Source: an uncultured Actinomycetes bacterium | Lineage (GTDB): Bacteria; Actinomycetota; Thermoleophilia; RBG-16-64-13 | NCBI GenBank assembly: GCA_963784835.1 | Contig: CAWASM010000007.1 | Location: 14,694-78,693, forward strand | Length of the DNA stretch: 64,000 nt | Reading direction: 5' to 3' | Notes under the pieces: generated by a model | The model's database searches: none | What the model was told of the DNA's origin: nothing | Seen by the model: the letters and a program-made list of their open reading frames with translations, nothing else | Program-made: the position numbers and the translations under genes | Shown here: piece after piece, positions 1-12,564 of the stretch | How the letters are laid out: each line of letters starts with the position of its first letter | Position numbering within the stretch: position 1 is the stretch's first letter

Positions 1-384
1 GAGCATCATCGAGCGGGACTTCCCCGCCATCGCGGAGGTCGACGCCAAACTGGTGAAGCTGGCCAAGGAGATGCGGGCCTGCATCATCACCACCGACTAC
101 AACCTCAACAAGATCTCGCAGATCCAAGGTGTGGACGTCCTGAACGTCAATGAACTTGCCCACACCGTGAAGCCGGTGGTGCTGGCCGGCGAGACCCTGG
201 ACGTGCGGGTGCTGCGCGAGGGCAAGGAAGCCGATCAGGGAGTGGCCTATCTGGACGACGGCACCATGGTGGTGATCGAGGGCGGCCGCAGCAGGGTGGG
301 TGAGCAGGTGCGAGGTGGAAGTGAGTTCTCGTGCTGCAGAATCCCACCGGGAAGATGATCTTCGGCCGCATAGTGGGCTCGTAG
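1..384 (+). CDS. PIN/TRAM-domain protein (YacL-like), C-terminal part entering from upstream; frameshifted
   Basis: The frame of ORF 53..358 reads ACIITTDYNLNKISQIQGVDVLNVNELAHTVKPVVLAGETLDVRVLREGKE..GVAYLDDGTMVVIEGG. The expected TRAM end, VLQNPTGKMIFGRIVGS-stop (TAG 382..384), lies in another frame, so there is at least one indel near 305-330. It sits upstream of ispD, as in Bacillus. Confidence 0.6.
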
Positions 385-401
385 GCTTCGGGGGAGGACA
401 T

Positions 402-1121
402 ATGCCTGACCATGATCTCAAGTTGGCGCTGGTGGTGGCCGCAGCCGGCCAGGGCACTCGCCTCGAATCGAGACTACCCAAGCAGTACGTGCCCTTGCTG
501 GGCATCCCCATGCTGCAGCGGACCTTGGCCACTCTTGGCTCCTGCCGCCGGGTGGATGCCCTAGTAGTAGTGGTCGGCCCCGGCGGTGAGGCCTACTGCA
601 GAGGGGAGATCGAGAACGAAAGCCTGCAGAAGGTGGTAGCGGTGACCGCCGGGGGCGACGAGCGGCCCTTTTCGGTGCGCAACGGACTGCGTGCCCTGGC
701 TGAAGCGGGCACCTGGGATCTGGTGGGTGTGCACGACGGCGCCCGGCCCCTGGTGACCTGCGCCGAGATCGGCCGGGCCGTGGACGCCTTGATTGCGGAC
801 GAGTCGCTCGACGGGGCGGTGCTGGCTATTCCCAGCGTCGACACCATCAAGCTGGTGGACGACAAGGGTCTCATCACCGGGACTCCCGACAGGCTGCACA
901 CCTGGCGGGCGCAGACTCCGCAGATCTTCCGCTGGAGCATGCTGATGGAAGCCTACGCGCAGCCGGACGAAGTGCTGCTGGCCAGCACCGACGAGGCTTC
1001 CCTGGTGGAGGCGCTGGGCGGGCGGGTGGTTGTGGTGCAGGGTTCGCCTGACAATCTCAAGATCACCGATCGCATCGACATGCGCGTTGCCGAGCAGATT
1101 CTGGCGGAGCGCCGGCAGTGA
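402..1121 (+). CDS. ispD: 2-C-methyl-D-erythritol 4-phosphate cytidylyltransferase
   Basis: ATG 402 follows GGGGAGGA. The N-terminus LALVVAAAGQGTRLESRLPKQYVPLLG and ...VHDGARPLV...IPSVDTIK are typical IspD. It is in frame with ORF 300..1121. Confidence 0.9.
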   Translation: MPDHDLKLALVVAAAGQGTRLESRLPKQYVPLLGIPMLQRTLATLGSCRRVDALVVVVGPGGEAYCRGEIENESLQKVVAVTAGGDERPFSVRNGLRALAEAGTWDLVGVHDGARPLVTCAEIGRAVDALIADESLDGAVLAIPSVDTIKLVDDKGLITGTPDRLHTWRAQTPQIFRWSMLMEAYAQPDEVLLASTDEASLVEALGGRVVVVQGSPDNLKITDRIDMRVAEQILAERRQ

Positions 1122-1197
1122 GGGGCCGGGCGCCGGCGACTGGCGCCGCGCCGCGGCGAGAGCGGCAGTGAGCGACCGCCCGCCGGCGAGCGGGCCA

Positions 1198-1753
1198 GTG
1201 AGCGGCTCCGATCCAGGGCTGCGGGTCGGCGTCGGTTTCGACGCTCACAGATTCGCTCCTGACCGTCCCCTAGTGCTGGGCGGGGTGCGCCTGCGCGAGA
1301 CCGAGGGGCTGGCCGGTCACAGCGACGCTGACGTGCTTACTCATGCGGTCATGGACGCGTTGCTGGGCGCCGCCGGCCTGGATGACATAGGCACGCTCTT
1401 CCCCGATAGCGACCCGGCCTTCGCAGGCGCCGACAGCGTGGAACTCTTGACCTCGGTGGCCCGCCTGGTGCGCGAGCATGGCTGGGAGCCGGTGAACGTG
1501 GACGCCGTGGTCATCTGTGAGCAACCGACGGGTGGCGCCGCAGCGCGCCGCCATGCGCGAGCGCATGGCGGCGGCCATGGGCGTCGAAGTCGAAAGGGTG
1601 ACGCTGCGGGGCACCACCACTGAGGGCATGGGCTTCACAGGCCGCGGTGAGGGCATCGCCGTGCAGGCGGTGGCTCTGGTCCGCACGGCTGGCGGCCCGG
1701 GCGCCGGCGGGATCCCCCGGGCGCGCCGCTGGGCGGGTGTGCGCCGCACCTAG
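1198..1753 (+). CDS. ispF: 2-C-methyl-D-erythritol 2,4-cyclodiphosphate synthase (one frameshift near 1520)
   Basis: VGVGFDAHRF...GHSDADVLTHAVMDALLGAAGLDDIG lies in the frame of ORF 1030..1623. It continues as RGTTTEGMGFTGRGEGIAVQAVALV in the frame of ORF 1517..1753. The start is GTG 1198 (an in-frame GTG at 1168 is also possible). Confidence 0.85.
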
Positions 1754-1786
1754 GGAGCGCGCGGCGAGGCTTCGCCCGCGCCGCGC

Positions 1787-2773
1787 CTACTGGTCCTGCC
1801 AGATCACCTTGCCGGTCCTGTCGATGTAGGTCATGGCCACGGTGCCTTCAGCCACGTCCATATCCACCCAGGCCAGACCGCCTACGAACGAGCCTATTTC
1901 TCCGCAGCGCAAGGATATGACCGTCTTGCCGGTCTTATCGATGTACCCCCAGGTATAGGCGCGGGGGTCCAGCCACACACCGGATAGGCCCTCGGAGAAA
2001 GGCAACGTCCCAGCGAATCGCGGGGGGATGACCATCGTGCCGGTCATGTCGATGTAGCCGGAAGGGCCGTTCGCCCCCTTCTGCACCTCAGCCAGGCCCT
2101 CGGAGAAGTCCGTGCGATACTCGTACCCAGGCCGGGGCGGGATGACCATGTTGCCGGTTTGGTCGACAAAGCCATTGGCATCTTCCCCGGCCACCAAAGC
2201 CAGTCCTTCGGAGAACTTGGGGGCCCACCCCGAACCTGAGAAGAACTGGGGCTGGATGACCATCTTGCCGCTCTTGTCCACGAATCCATATGGGCCGGAT
2301 TCCTCCAGTTGCACCGAGGCGAGACCACCGGAGAAGTCTCCGACATCTGTGAACTGAGGCTGGATGACCATCTTGCCGCTCAAGTCGATATAGCCCCAGC
2401 TCATTCCGAGTCTCACTGCCGCCAGGCCCGCGGAGAAGTCGCCGGCGAGATCGAACTGGGGCTCGATGACGATCTTGCCCGTATTGTCGATGTAGCCCAT
2501 CTTGTCGCCCACCGACACGGGGAAGAGGGCAACGTCCCGCGCCCAGGCCTCTGTCGACGTGGTCTGCCCCGCCGTGGTCGAGGCGGTGGGTTCTGTGGCC
2601 TCTGTCGTTTTGGCGCTCTGCAGACTGGTGACCGGCAGAGTGGTTGTGTCCGCATCACCTGGCGGCGAAGAGCACCCCACCACAGCAGCGCCAATCAAGA
2701 CGAGGAGCCCGAGAAAGCTCCACGCCGCCCAGCGTATCGCTCTATCAGCCCGGTGCCCCAGACAATGGTTCAT
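1787..2773 (-). CDS. WG-repeat (KWG-type) lipoprotein
   Basis: The signal/lipobox reads LLVLIGAAVVGCSS. It is followed by at least 7 repeats of the pattern GYID.TGK.VI.PQF....F(S)EGLA. Confidence 0.8.
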   Translation of the reverse strand: MNHCLGHRADRAIRWAAWSFLGLLVLIGAAVVGCSSPPGDADTTTLPVTSLQSAKTTEATEPTASTTAGQTTSTEAWARDVALFPVSVGDKMGYIDNTGKIVIEPQFDLAGDFSAGLAAVRLGMSWGYIDLSGKMVIQPQFTDVGDFSGGLASVQLEESGPYGFVDKSGKMVIQPQFFSGSGWAPKFSEGLALVAGEDANGFVDQTGNMVIPPRPGYEYRTDFSEGLAEVQKGANGPSGYIDMTGTMVIPPRFAGTLPFSEGLSGVWLDPRAYTWGYIDKTGKTVISLRCGEIGSFVGGLAWVDMDVAEGTVAMTYIDRTGKVIWQDQ

Positions 2774-2931
2774 CTTGCCCCCGCCCCGTGTCTGTCGAAT
2801 CCGCCTTGCCCGCACCACTGACTATACAATGCCTTCACTCGGTTCCGGTGACGCCGACGCCCCCCGGCCCCGTCGGGTAGACTGATTGCAGAAGACTTAC
2901 TTGAAGAGAACCTCGCAAGAGAGACATCAGC

Positions 2932-4413
2932 ATGGCCCACGTACGCGTACGCTTCGCTCCCAGTCCCACGGGTTCGCTGCACGTGGGCAGCGCCCGCACG
3001 GCGCTCTACAACTTCCTCTACGCCCGCCATCACAGCGGCACCTTGGTGCTGCGCATCGAGGACACCGACCTCAAGCGCTCCACGAGCCACCACGACTCCA
3101 GCATCATCAACGATCTGGCCTGGCTCGGGCTGCAGGCCGACGAAGGTCCCGACATTGGCGGCGACTACGGTCCCTACCGGCAGAGCGAGAGGGCCGACCT
3201 CTACGAGGCCGCCGTGCAGCAGCTGCTCGCCGACGGGTGGGCCTATCCCTGCTTCTGCCCGCAGGAACTGCTCGACGAGCGCAAGGAGCAGCATACTGGC
3301 CGCAGGGCCAGATGCCAAAGTACGACCGCACCTGCAGCTGTCTCACGTCCGACGAGGTGGAGGCGCGGTTCGCCGCCGGCGAGCAGGCCGCCATCCGCTT
3401 CCGCGTGCCCGACGGAGACGTGACCTTCGAGGATCTCATCCACGGGCCCATCACCTTCTCGTCGGACGTCATCGGCGACTTCATCATCAAGCGCACCGAC
3501 GGCGGCTTCTCCTACAACTTCGCGGTGGTGGTCGACGATGCCGGCATGGAGATCACCGACGTCATCCGGGGCGAGGACCACATCACCAACACCGCCCGGC
3601 AGATGATGCTGTTCGCGGCTCTGGGCAAGGCGGCGCCCGCGCTACGGGCACCACTCGCTCATCCTGGCTCCCGACGGCAGCAAGCTCTCCAAGCGGCACG
3701 GAGCCACCTCCATCGGCGACTTTCAGGGACCTGGGCTATCTGTCCGGCGGCCATGGTCAACTACCTGGCCCTCCTGAGCTGGCATCCGGCCGACGAGCGC
3801 GAGAAGTTCAGCCTCGACGAGCTCATCGCAGGAGTTCGAGCTTCGGACGGGTCTCGAAGAGCCCGGCCATCTTCGACATCCAGAAGCTCAACTGGCTGAA
3901 CGGCATCTACATCCGCGAGCTGGCCCCGGCCGAACTCTACGAGCACATCGCGCCCTACCTGGCCGCGGCCGGCATCGAGTTGGCTCCCGTGCAGCGGGAA
4001 GTGGTGGCCGAGGCGGTGCAGGCCAACCTGGTGGTGCTCGGCGACGCACCTCAAGTACGCGGCCGTGTTCATCGACGACGCCGATCCTGCGACCTGCGAG
4101 TGCGCCGACGAGCTGCTGGCTCCCGGCACCGACGCGCTGCTCCGGTCTGGCGACCGAAGCCTTCACGGCGATGCCCACCGAATACCTGCACGGCGACGAG
4201 GCGCGGGAGTCTGCTGCGGGGTCTGGCGGAAGCCGGCAAAGCGGAAGGGATCAAGGGCAAAGCCTTGTATCACCCGTTGCGGGTGGCTCTGAGCGGCCGG
4301 GACGAGGGTCCGGAACTGTTCTATCTGATCGCGGGACTGGGCAAGAGCCGCACTATTTGGCCCGGCTCGGAAGCCGCGGCGCGCTTTCGCGGCCCGCCAA
4401 GGAAGGGGACTGA
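2932..4413 (+). CDS. gltX: glutamate--tRNA ligase, readable only with at least six frame changes
   Basis: [32 protein letters not shown] (HIGH region), [36 protein letters not shown] (KMSKS), [22 protein letters not shown] and [20 protein letters not shown] are spread over all three + frames. The 3' end is approximate. Confidence 0.85.
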
Positions 4414-4415
4414 GC

Positions 4416-5850
<1,435 letters not shown>

Positions 5851-5989
5851 CCGCCGGGCGCGCCCGCGCGGCGGCGCCGCGGGCGCGGCGGCGCGCCGGC
5901 AGCGCCGGTCCGCGGCGGCGCGGCGGCGGCCCCGCCACCGCGGCCCGAGCGGGCACAGCATCCCGTCGCCTGAGGCCGCTCCGCGTCGT

Positions 5990-6765
5990 ATCGCCGACGT
6001 GGGCCCCGGTCTCGACGCTGATCTACGGCCGCAATCCGGTGCGTGAGGCTCTGCGGGGCCGCCGGCAAGTCCACACCATCCTGCTGGCCACCGGCCGGGG
6101 AGGGAGAGCGGCGCGGCTGCTGCCTGAGTGGTGCGGCGCCGGAGGCGCCACTCCGTCGCCGCCGAGCTGTCGCCAACGGCCCCACCGTGGACCGCGTCTC
6201 CCGGTGCGCGCATGGACCTCTGAGCTCACCGCCTTGCTGGACACCTCGAGCACCAGGGCATCGCCGCCGTGGTCGATCCCTATCCGTATGTGGAAGCGGC
6301 CGAGATCCTCGTGGACCACACCTTGCTGGTGGTGCTGGACGAGGTGCAGGACCCGCACAACCTGGGGGCGATCATCCGCACGGCCGAGGGGGCCGGAGCC
6401 GGCGTGGTCATCCCTCGGCACCGGGCGGCCGAGGTGACGGCGGCCGTGGTCAAGGCTTCCGCCGGGGCGACCGAGCATGCGGCCGTGGCCAGGGTGCGCA
6501 ACCTGGCCGACTTCCTTGCAGGCGGCGAAGAAGGCCGGATTCTGGGTGTACGGCACGGCGGCCGGCGCGGCGAGGCGGATACGCCGACCAGGACTACAAA
6601 TACCCCACCTGCTTCGTGCTGGGCTCTGAGGGGGAGGGCCTGGGGCGCCGGGTGGAGTCTCTGTGTGACGTCATGGTCAGTCTGCCGTTAGGGGGCAAGG
6701 TGGAGTCGCTGAACGTGAGCGTCTCGGCCGGCATCCTTCTGTACGAGGCCTTGCGCCAACGTGGC
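5990..6765 (+). CDS. rlmB: 23S rRNA (guanosine-2'-O)-methyltransferase, TrmH/SpoU family (frameshifted; start and stop not resolved)
   Basis: The recognisable segments are LIYGRNPVREAL, LVVLDEVQDPHNLGAIIRTAEGAGAGVVIP, ASAGATEHAAVARV and FVLGSEGEGLGRRV...LPLGGKVESLNVSVSAGILLYEALRQR. The preceding Arg/Gly/Ala-rich stretch at 5830-6000 has no stop in frame. Confidence 0.75.
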
Positions 6766-6810
6766 TGCCGGTGGCTCCGAGCAGCCCGCGGCGCCGGAGG
6801 CGACCGGGCC

Positions 6811-7355
6811 GTGAGCGTCTATCTCATCGACGGTTACAACGTGCTGCACGAGTTTCTGGGGCACAAAGGCGTGACCGATCTGGAAGAAGAGCGAAATCGT
6901 TTGATCGATCGCATCGCCAGCTACATGGGGGGTACCTCCGACCGGGCCATCGTTGTCTTCGATTCGCACGTGCAGGCGTTGCAAAAGATAGAGACTGCAA
7001 CCGCCAACGTAGAGGTCTATTTCGGGTCCTTTTCGAGGTCTGCCGACAGCATCATCGAGAGGGAGATATATGCTTTAAACACCGGAGAAAGTGTGGTTGT
7101 GGTGTCCTCAGACTACCTACTCCAGCAGACCACCTTTCTCCCCAATGTGATCCGGCGGTCCTCCAGGCAATTCGTGGGCGATTTGCAAGCGCACACAAAG
7201 AGTATTGCAATTCCTAAGAATTGCATTACAATGGAGCACAGGATCGAGGACAGGATCGACCCGGTCACGGTGGAGAGACTCAAGGCGCTGCGGGATGGAT
7301 TGGCGGCGCAGACCAGCATCTGCCGAGCCTGCCGGAGCCGGGAGACGAGGCCTGA
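6811..7355 (+). CDS. NYN-domain ribonuclease-like protein (YacP/Rae1-like); 3' end approximate
   Basis: GTG 6811 begins VSVYLIDGYNVLHEF...DRAIVVFDS...VEVYF....SADSIIERE...VVVVSSDYLLQ. It lies between rlmB and sigH, as in Bacillus. Confidence 0.75.
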
Positions 7356-7384
7356 CCCGCAACGCCGGAGCGGGAGGAAACGGG

Positions 7385-8046
7385 ATGGAGAGCGCGGCAA
7401 CGGCTTTGAGACTGGCCGAGAGGGCAGCACCGGAGCTCAGCGACGAGCAACTGGTGGCGTTTGCCAAGAGTGGGGACACGGAGTCGACGCGCCGGATCCT
7501 GGTTCGCTACAAGCAGTTCGTCCGCCTCAAGGCCAATTCGTACTTCTTGGCCGGAGGCGACGGCGACGATCTCATCCAAGAAGGCTACATCGGTCTCTAC
7601 AAGGCCATCCGCGATTACGAGTACGGCCGCAGCACCACCTTCCGCAGCTTCGCCGAACTCTGCGTCACCCGGCAGATCATCACCGCCATCAAGACCGCCT
7701 CGCGGCAGAAGCACGTGCCGCTCAACACCTACCTGAGCTTCAGCCATTCGCCTTCCAGCACACGACTACGAGAGCCGCACTTTGGCCGACATCATCCCGT
7801 CGGGGCGCAGCAGCGATCCGGTGCAGCAGGTCATCAGCTCCGAGGAGTGCATCAGTCTGACCGACTGCCTGCTGCGGCTGCTCAGCCCGCTGGAGTCCCT
7901 GGTGCTTAAGTACTACATGGAAGGCAACTCGTACGAGGCCATCGCTGTTCCACATCGGCCACGACACCAAGACCGTCGACAACGCGCTGCAGCGCATCAA
8001 GCGCAAGGTGACTCTTCACCTAGAAAGTAGAAGAGTTATCTTGTAG
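7385..8046 (+). CDS. sigH: RNA polymerase sigma-H-type factor (two frameshifts, near 7745 and 7945)
   Basis: DDLIQEGYIGLYKAIRDYEYGRSTTFRSFAELCVTRQIITAIKTASRQKHVPLN closely parallels B. subtilis SigH. The later segments LSPLESLVLKYYMEGNSYEAIA and TKTVDNALQRIKRKV are in other frames. The stop is TAG 8044..8046. Confidence 0.85.
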
Positions 8047-8173
8047 TATGGCTTGCGGCCGGTAAGGCCGGAGGGGTGGCGCGCAAGCGCCGGTCAGTAG
8101 AGGATATGCTGCGGGACGAGGGCCCGGCGACTTTGGTCGCGGGGCCCTTGGTGCGTCCGGGGGCGGGAATCAC

Positions 8174-8965
8174 CTACGTTTGCCGGCCGCACAAGGGACA
8201 GAACTGAGCGTTCTCACGGAGCGTCCCACCGCATCCGAGGCAGGAGCGAGGGGCGCCTTTGTCTTCAGTCAGGGCCGCGCCGCAGATCGCACAGAACCGA
8301 TCCTCAGCTTGCATTGCGGCTCCACAGGCGGCACATGAGGGTCCGGCGGCCTGAGCGGGTGTTGTTTGGCCCGGGCTCACCAGACCGGGGCCCGCCAGAC
8401 CGGGTTGGGCGCTCCCCTGGTACTGAGTTTGCATATGACGGAGCTGCGCTTCCGATAGGGCCCCACCGGAGGCCTCTTCCCACTGGTCGGCGAACGTGTT
8501 GGGCGCATAGGTGGGACCTATCTGGAGTGGTACCCCGGGGGCCAGCATGCTCAAGAGTTCCAAACTCGGGCCGCGGGCTCCACCGTCGCGGCTCCAGCTG
8601 ACCTGAACATCAGATTGGCCTGGGTGCCCCGCCACGTCAGTGGCCACGACGGATACGCTGATCGCCCTCTTGCCCGCGGCCCAATAGATCAGCCCCGGGA
8701 TGATCCCGAAAACGAAGAGCACAATGGCTATCGCGCAACCAGGAGACTGTTGTCGTGTGAAGGTCGCCGATCTATCGGTGCAGGTCGTTGTGGTCCATCC
8801 TTTCACCGTGAGCGCGTGGACTGAGGTCTGAACTACATCTCGCGAAGACCGGGGGGCGCGAACCGCGACCGCTCCAGAGCGACCGTTGTGGATCGCCCAG
8901 TAGACAAGCGCGGCAATCAGCCCGAGGAAAAAGACGATGTATATCAGGAGCCAATAGCTTCCCAT
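8174..8965 (-). CDS. membrane protein with C-terminal double zinc-ribbon
   Basis: There is an N-terminal TM segment (YWLLIYIVFFLGLIAALVYWAI) and an internal TM segment. The C-terminus is CAACGAAM..RFCAICGA......CLGCGG.....FCPLCG. Confidence 0.65.
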   Translation of the reverse strand: MGSYWLLIYIVFFLGLIAALVYWAIHNGRSGAVAVRAPRSSRDVVQTSVHALTVKGWTTTTCTDRSATFTRQQSPGCAIAIVLFVFGIIPGLIYWAAGKRAISVSVVATDVAGHPGQSDVQVSWSRDGGARGPSLELLSMLAPGVPLQIGPTYAPNTFADQWEEASGGALSEAQLRHMQTQYQGSAQPGLAGPGLVSPGQTTPAQAAGPSCAACGAAMQAEDRFCAICGAALTEDKGAPRSCLGCGGTLRENAQFCPLCGRQT

Positions 8966-9350
8966 TGCTGAGCATCCCCCTAGTCTCTTCAACGCTCACG
9001 TCAGGACCGCAGCCCCAAGGGGCGTCTTCGTTGGATTCCTGAGAGATTACCGGCGGCCTCGTCCATGAGTATCGAACGGGTAAAGTAATGTCAAGGACCT
9101 GCCGGTGTGCACATATAGCTCTGCCCATGTCGGTGGTTTGTGGTGCCCAGCCTGAGGTGCCTGGCGCGGCAGGAGGGTTCGTCGCCGGTGATAGGATCCT
9201 GCGAGCATCCACTCCATGCTCAAGCGCGTTACAATCTCCCGGCGTGGCGTTGCGCGAGTGGCGCCGCGCGGTGTCGCGGCGGTGAGGGCGCGGCAGCATC
9301 GCGGCGACGACGACGTGTCGCATCGTAGTGGTGCACGTGCCGCATCTCGG

Positions 9351-9422
9351 GCCGGTGTAGCTCAATGGTAGAGCAGCTGATTTGTAATCAGCAGGTTAGG
9401 GGTTCAAGTCCCTCCACCGGCT
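9351..9422 (+). tRNA. tRNA-Thr (anticodon UGU)
   Basis: Manual cloverleaf: acceptor GCCGGTG/CACCGGC, D arm GCTC-AATGGTA-GAGC, anticodon arm GCTGA-TTTGTAA-TCAGC, T arm with TTCAAGT loop. The T stem has one mismatched pair and there is no encoded CCA. Confidence 0.85.
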
Positions 9423-9624
9423 CCTAAGGGTTGACACAAACGCGCCGCATTTGGGCCTAGTGTGAAACTGCCGTGTAGTTTGGAGTCGCTCACAGGTTCG
9501 GTCCGGGGCTTACGCGGCGCTTACCCGAGGTGTGTGCGGGGCGTGGTTGAACGAGGCCCGACTGGGTACCTAGAAGCAATCGTATTCCTGACAGCGAGGG
9601 CCCGGTGGCGACGAAGCTGGCGCG

Positions 9625-9933
9625 GTGGAAAGGACGGTAGACGTGGATGAACAAGAGCGCGGCGAAAGTAAGCTAGAGGCTCACGAGCTGGAGGAGCTCG
9701 AGGAATCGGGTCTCGAGAAGATGGGGGAGGTCTCATTGTATGAGAACGAGGAACTCGTTCTCATGGGCGGAAGTGGCCCTGTACCCTACACGACCCTCCT
9801 CACAGAAGAGGAGTTTCAGGCCTTCCGAGAGCTCGCTGAGAAGAAGAAGCCCACGGAAGAGGAAGTGGCAAGCGGTCAGGCCCTCCTCCGACTCATGATG
9901 GACCGCTACCCGGACGGCCCTACGGCGAAGTAA
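9625..9933 (+). CDS. hypothetical acidic protein
   Basis: This is a Glu-rich ORF with no recognisable family. It is the first ORF after the tRNA. Confidence 0.4.
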   Translation: MERTVDVDEQERGESKLEAHELEELEESGLEKMGEVSLYENEELVLMGGSGPVPYTTLLTEEEFQAFRELAEKKKPTEEEVASGQALLRLMMDRYPDGPTAK

Positions 9934-9934
9934 G

Positions 9935-10189
9935 TCATTTGCGGCGAGGGACCGTCCGGGAGGGCGGCGTCGTCCGAGTATCACCGGTCGGGCTCGCGAG
10001 TTGTCTCTCCAAGTCGGTGAACGCCCGAATGAGTTCCGGTGCCTCGAAGGCTCGATTCCGCCTCCCGACCGCGGCGATCTTCGAAGAGGCCGAACGGGGC
10101 AGCTCCATGACTCTCAAGCCGATCGGATTCTTGCGCGCCGATCTCGGCATGGCCAAGACCCACTCCCGGCCCAACACCTCGACGGACAA
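9935..10189 (-). pseudogene. possible C-terminal remnant of a LysR-type regulator
   Basis: VLAMPRSA....LRVMELP....IAAVGRRNRAF.APELIRAFTDL resembles the end of LysR substrate-binding domains. No N-terminal HTH part is present. Confidence 0.3.
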
Positions 10190-10290
10190 TCCCTGTTCAC
10201 GGACGTGACGACGGCGGAGCCTGTCCTTGCAAGGGACTCGGCTTCCTGTGGAGTGAGGGGCTCCGTTTCACCTCCGCGCGGGAGGCTGGC

Positions 10291-11686
10291 TCAAGCCTTC
10301 TTGGAGGCCGCATGCAGGGCCGCGAGGCGACCGAAGGTCATGGCGCGGCCATGGCTGGCGCCGTGGACATTGCGCGGGTAGGCGTCGGCGAAGAAGCCAC
10401 CGCTGGTGTTGCCTGAGGCATAAAGACCGGGGATGACCTTGGCTTCGGTGTCTATCACCTGCATGTTGGTGTTGATTGTCAGACCGCTAACCGTGACGAG
10501 GCAGAAGTTGAGGACCTTCACCGCGTAGTAGGGAGCGACCTCGACTGGCGCCATCTTGCCGGCCTCAACGCCAAAATCCTGGTCCTTGCCACCAGCGGCC
10601 AGACTGTTGTAACGCTCCACGGTGGCCTTGAGGGTCTCTGCCGGCACGTGCATCTTCTTGGCTAGTTCTTCCAGCGTGTCGGCCTTGAGCACGGCGCCTT
10701 CGGGCACATACTGGTCGAGAAGAGTCGCCTTGTCGCCCCACCGGCTTTCCTCCTTGGTGGAGTCGATGATGGACCAATGGAAGCTCTTGGGTAGACGAGC
10801 GTTGGCGTTGGCGGCACGGCAGTAGTCGGAATCTTCGTTGACGAAGCGGTCGCCGTTGCAGTCCACGCGCAGATAGGGGATGAACATGACCAGGTACAAC
10901 TCGGTGTGGGCCTTGTCCTGGATGATGCCGTTGCCCAGGATGAGACAGTGCGGCGCTTCGTCCATAGCGGCGCCGATAGCCAGGGCCATGTTGTGCCCAT
11001 CACCCACGCAGCCTCCAGTCTCGGAGTTATGCCGCGCGAAGCGCAGATCGGAAGGACGCAGATACGTCTCCATCATCTCGGGGTTATCGTCGTAGCCACC
11101 GCAACTGAGGATGACGCCCTTTTTCGCATTGACACGGAGGAGGCTGCCATCGGGCTGTTCGGCGATGACGGCAGTCACGCGGCCTTCGCCTTCACGCACC
11201 AAGCGTACGGCGGGGGTGTTGTAGTGGATATCGCCGCCCTTTTCCACGATTAGGGTTTCCATTTCCTTGGCTAACCCGACGTTCTGGCCCGTCCAGTTCA
11301 CAGCGGTGTGCCACACTTTGTAGGGGCCTTCCCTGTCCGCCCCGCCCGTGGGGAGGGAGGCCTCGATGCCCCTCGGTTGGACGAGACTGCGCAGCCAGTC
11401 GATCGTCTCGCCGCTCTTGTCCACCCAGGTACGTATTAGGCGCTGGTCAGCGCGGTAGTTGGACTGCACCATGAGCTCACCGATGAGTTCTTCCCGATCA
11501 ATAGCCACTCCGGCTTCCTTGTGGACGCTGCTGTTCACGGCGCCACAGTCGAAGCCCCGGGCGTTGTTCTTGGCGCCCTTTTCGAGGACGACGACCTTGG
11601 CGCCGCGCGTCCACCGCCGACAGCGCGGCGGTAAGACCTGAGATCCCGAAGCCGACGACTATGACCTCGGTGTCGATGCTCGTCAT
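10291..11686 (-). CDS. FAD-dependent oxidoreductase (fumarate-reductase/KstD-like flavoprotein), frameshift near 11540
   Basis: The N-terminus MTSIDTEVIVVGFGISGLTAALSA (dinucleotide fold) is in ORF 11498..11686. The body is ORF 10291..11538, ending ...GLYASGNTSGGFFADAYPRNVHGASHGRAMTFGR. Confidence 0.8.
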
Positions 11687-11790
11687 ATGAGCCTCCTTGA
11701 GGACCGGTTCATGCCCCCAGATATGCTAACAGTTGGTGGAGTATGCAGAGACGTCGGCCTATCCGCACGCCACCCGCCGCCCCGAACGAC

Positions 11791-11845
11791 TTTGAGACTG
11801 CTCGAAAGGGCAGCACTGGAGCTTAGCGACGAGCAACTAGTGGCG
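11791..11845 (+). repeat. copy of the sigH 5' coding segment
   Basis: By manual alignment, 55 nt match 7405..7459 at 49 of 55 positions. This copy encodes LRLLERAALELSDEQLVA; sigH encodes LRLAERAAPELSDEQLVA. Confidence 0.8.
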
Positions 11846-12042
11846 GCTCACGGGGGGAGACGAGCCGAGTCGCACCTCTAATTCGGTGGTCTGGCGTCAA
11901 CGCCCATGGCGGAGTTTGCTTACGCTAGACACATTTGTCCCCAAGAGCAGCCCCTTTCGCGGGGCGGAGTAGCTGATGACGTATCAGTAGGCTGAACCGC
12001 ACCGGCTTTCCTGGAGACTCCAACCTTTGAGAGGATGGAGCC

Positions 12043-12360
12043 ATGAACAACACATCAAAGAGGTATCCAGTTGAAGTGAGGGAGCGAGCCGTCCGCATGG
12101 TCTTCGATCACCAGGACGAGTACGACTCCCAGTGGGCGGCGATCTCCTCGGTCGCGACCAAGTTGGGGATGACGCCCGAGACCCTCCGTAATTGCGTCCG
12201 CCGAGCCGAGATCGATGAAGGCCAGAGGGCGGGTCTCACCACCAGCGAGTGTGAGCGTGTGAAGGAACTCGAAAAGGAGAACCGGGAACTCAGGCGCGCC
12301 GATGAAATCCCAAAAGCAGCGGCCGCTTTCTTCGGGGTGGAGTTCGCGGCCCTTACTTAG
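12043..12360 (+). mobile_element. IS3-family transposase OrfA (HTH) stub without OrfB
   Basis: [13 protein letters not shown]....[52 protein letters not shown] is typical IS3 OrfA. No integrase-core ORF follows. Confidence 0.7.
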
Positions 12361-12564
12361 GTTGCGCAGCAGGTAGAGCTCCCTGGTCTTGAAGAAGTCG
12401 GCGTTTCCGTCGTAGAACGCCTTGAGGTCCTCGATGAACTGGCGCTCGCCCAGCTGGTCAGGGGGGAGTAGACTTCGTCAGAATGAAGCTGATGTGCACG
12501 ATTTGACAAATATTGCACCAAGTGCTACGGTCATCTGGTAGATCAAATAGAGGAACGCGAGTTT

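Noticed and set aside
1108-1210. Three G(C)CAGTGAG(C/G)G motifs and a ~30-nt imperfect tandem duplication in the ispD-ispF spacer.
   Set aside because: It is short and GC-rich. The only consequence is ambiguity between GTG 1168 and GTG 1198 as the ispF start, and there is no evidence of regulatory structure.
8772-9365. 197-aa minus-strand ORF running into the tRNA-Thr gene.
   Set aside because: It overlaps the tRNA and the zinc-ribbon gene, and its composition is Arg/Pro-rich like a shadow ORF.
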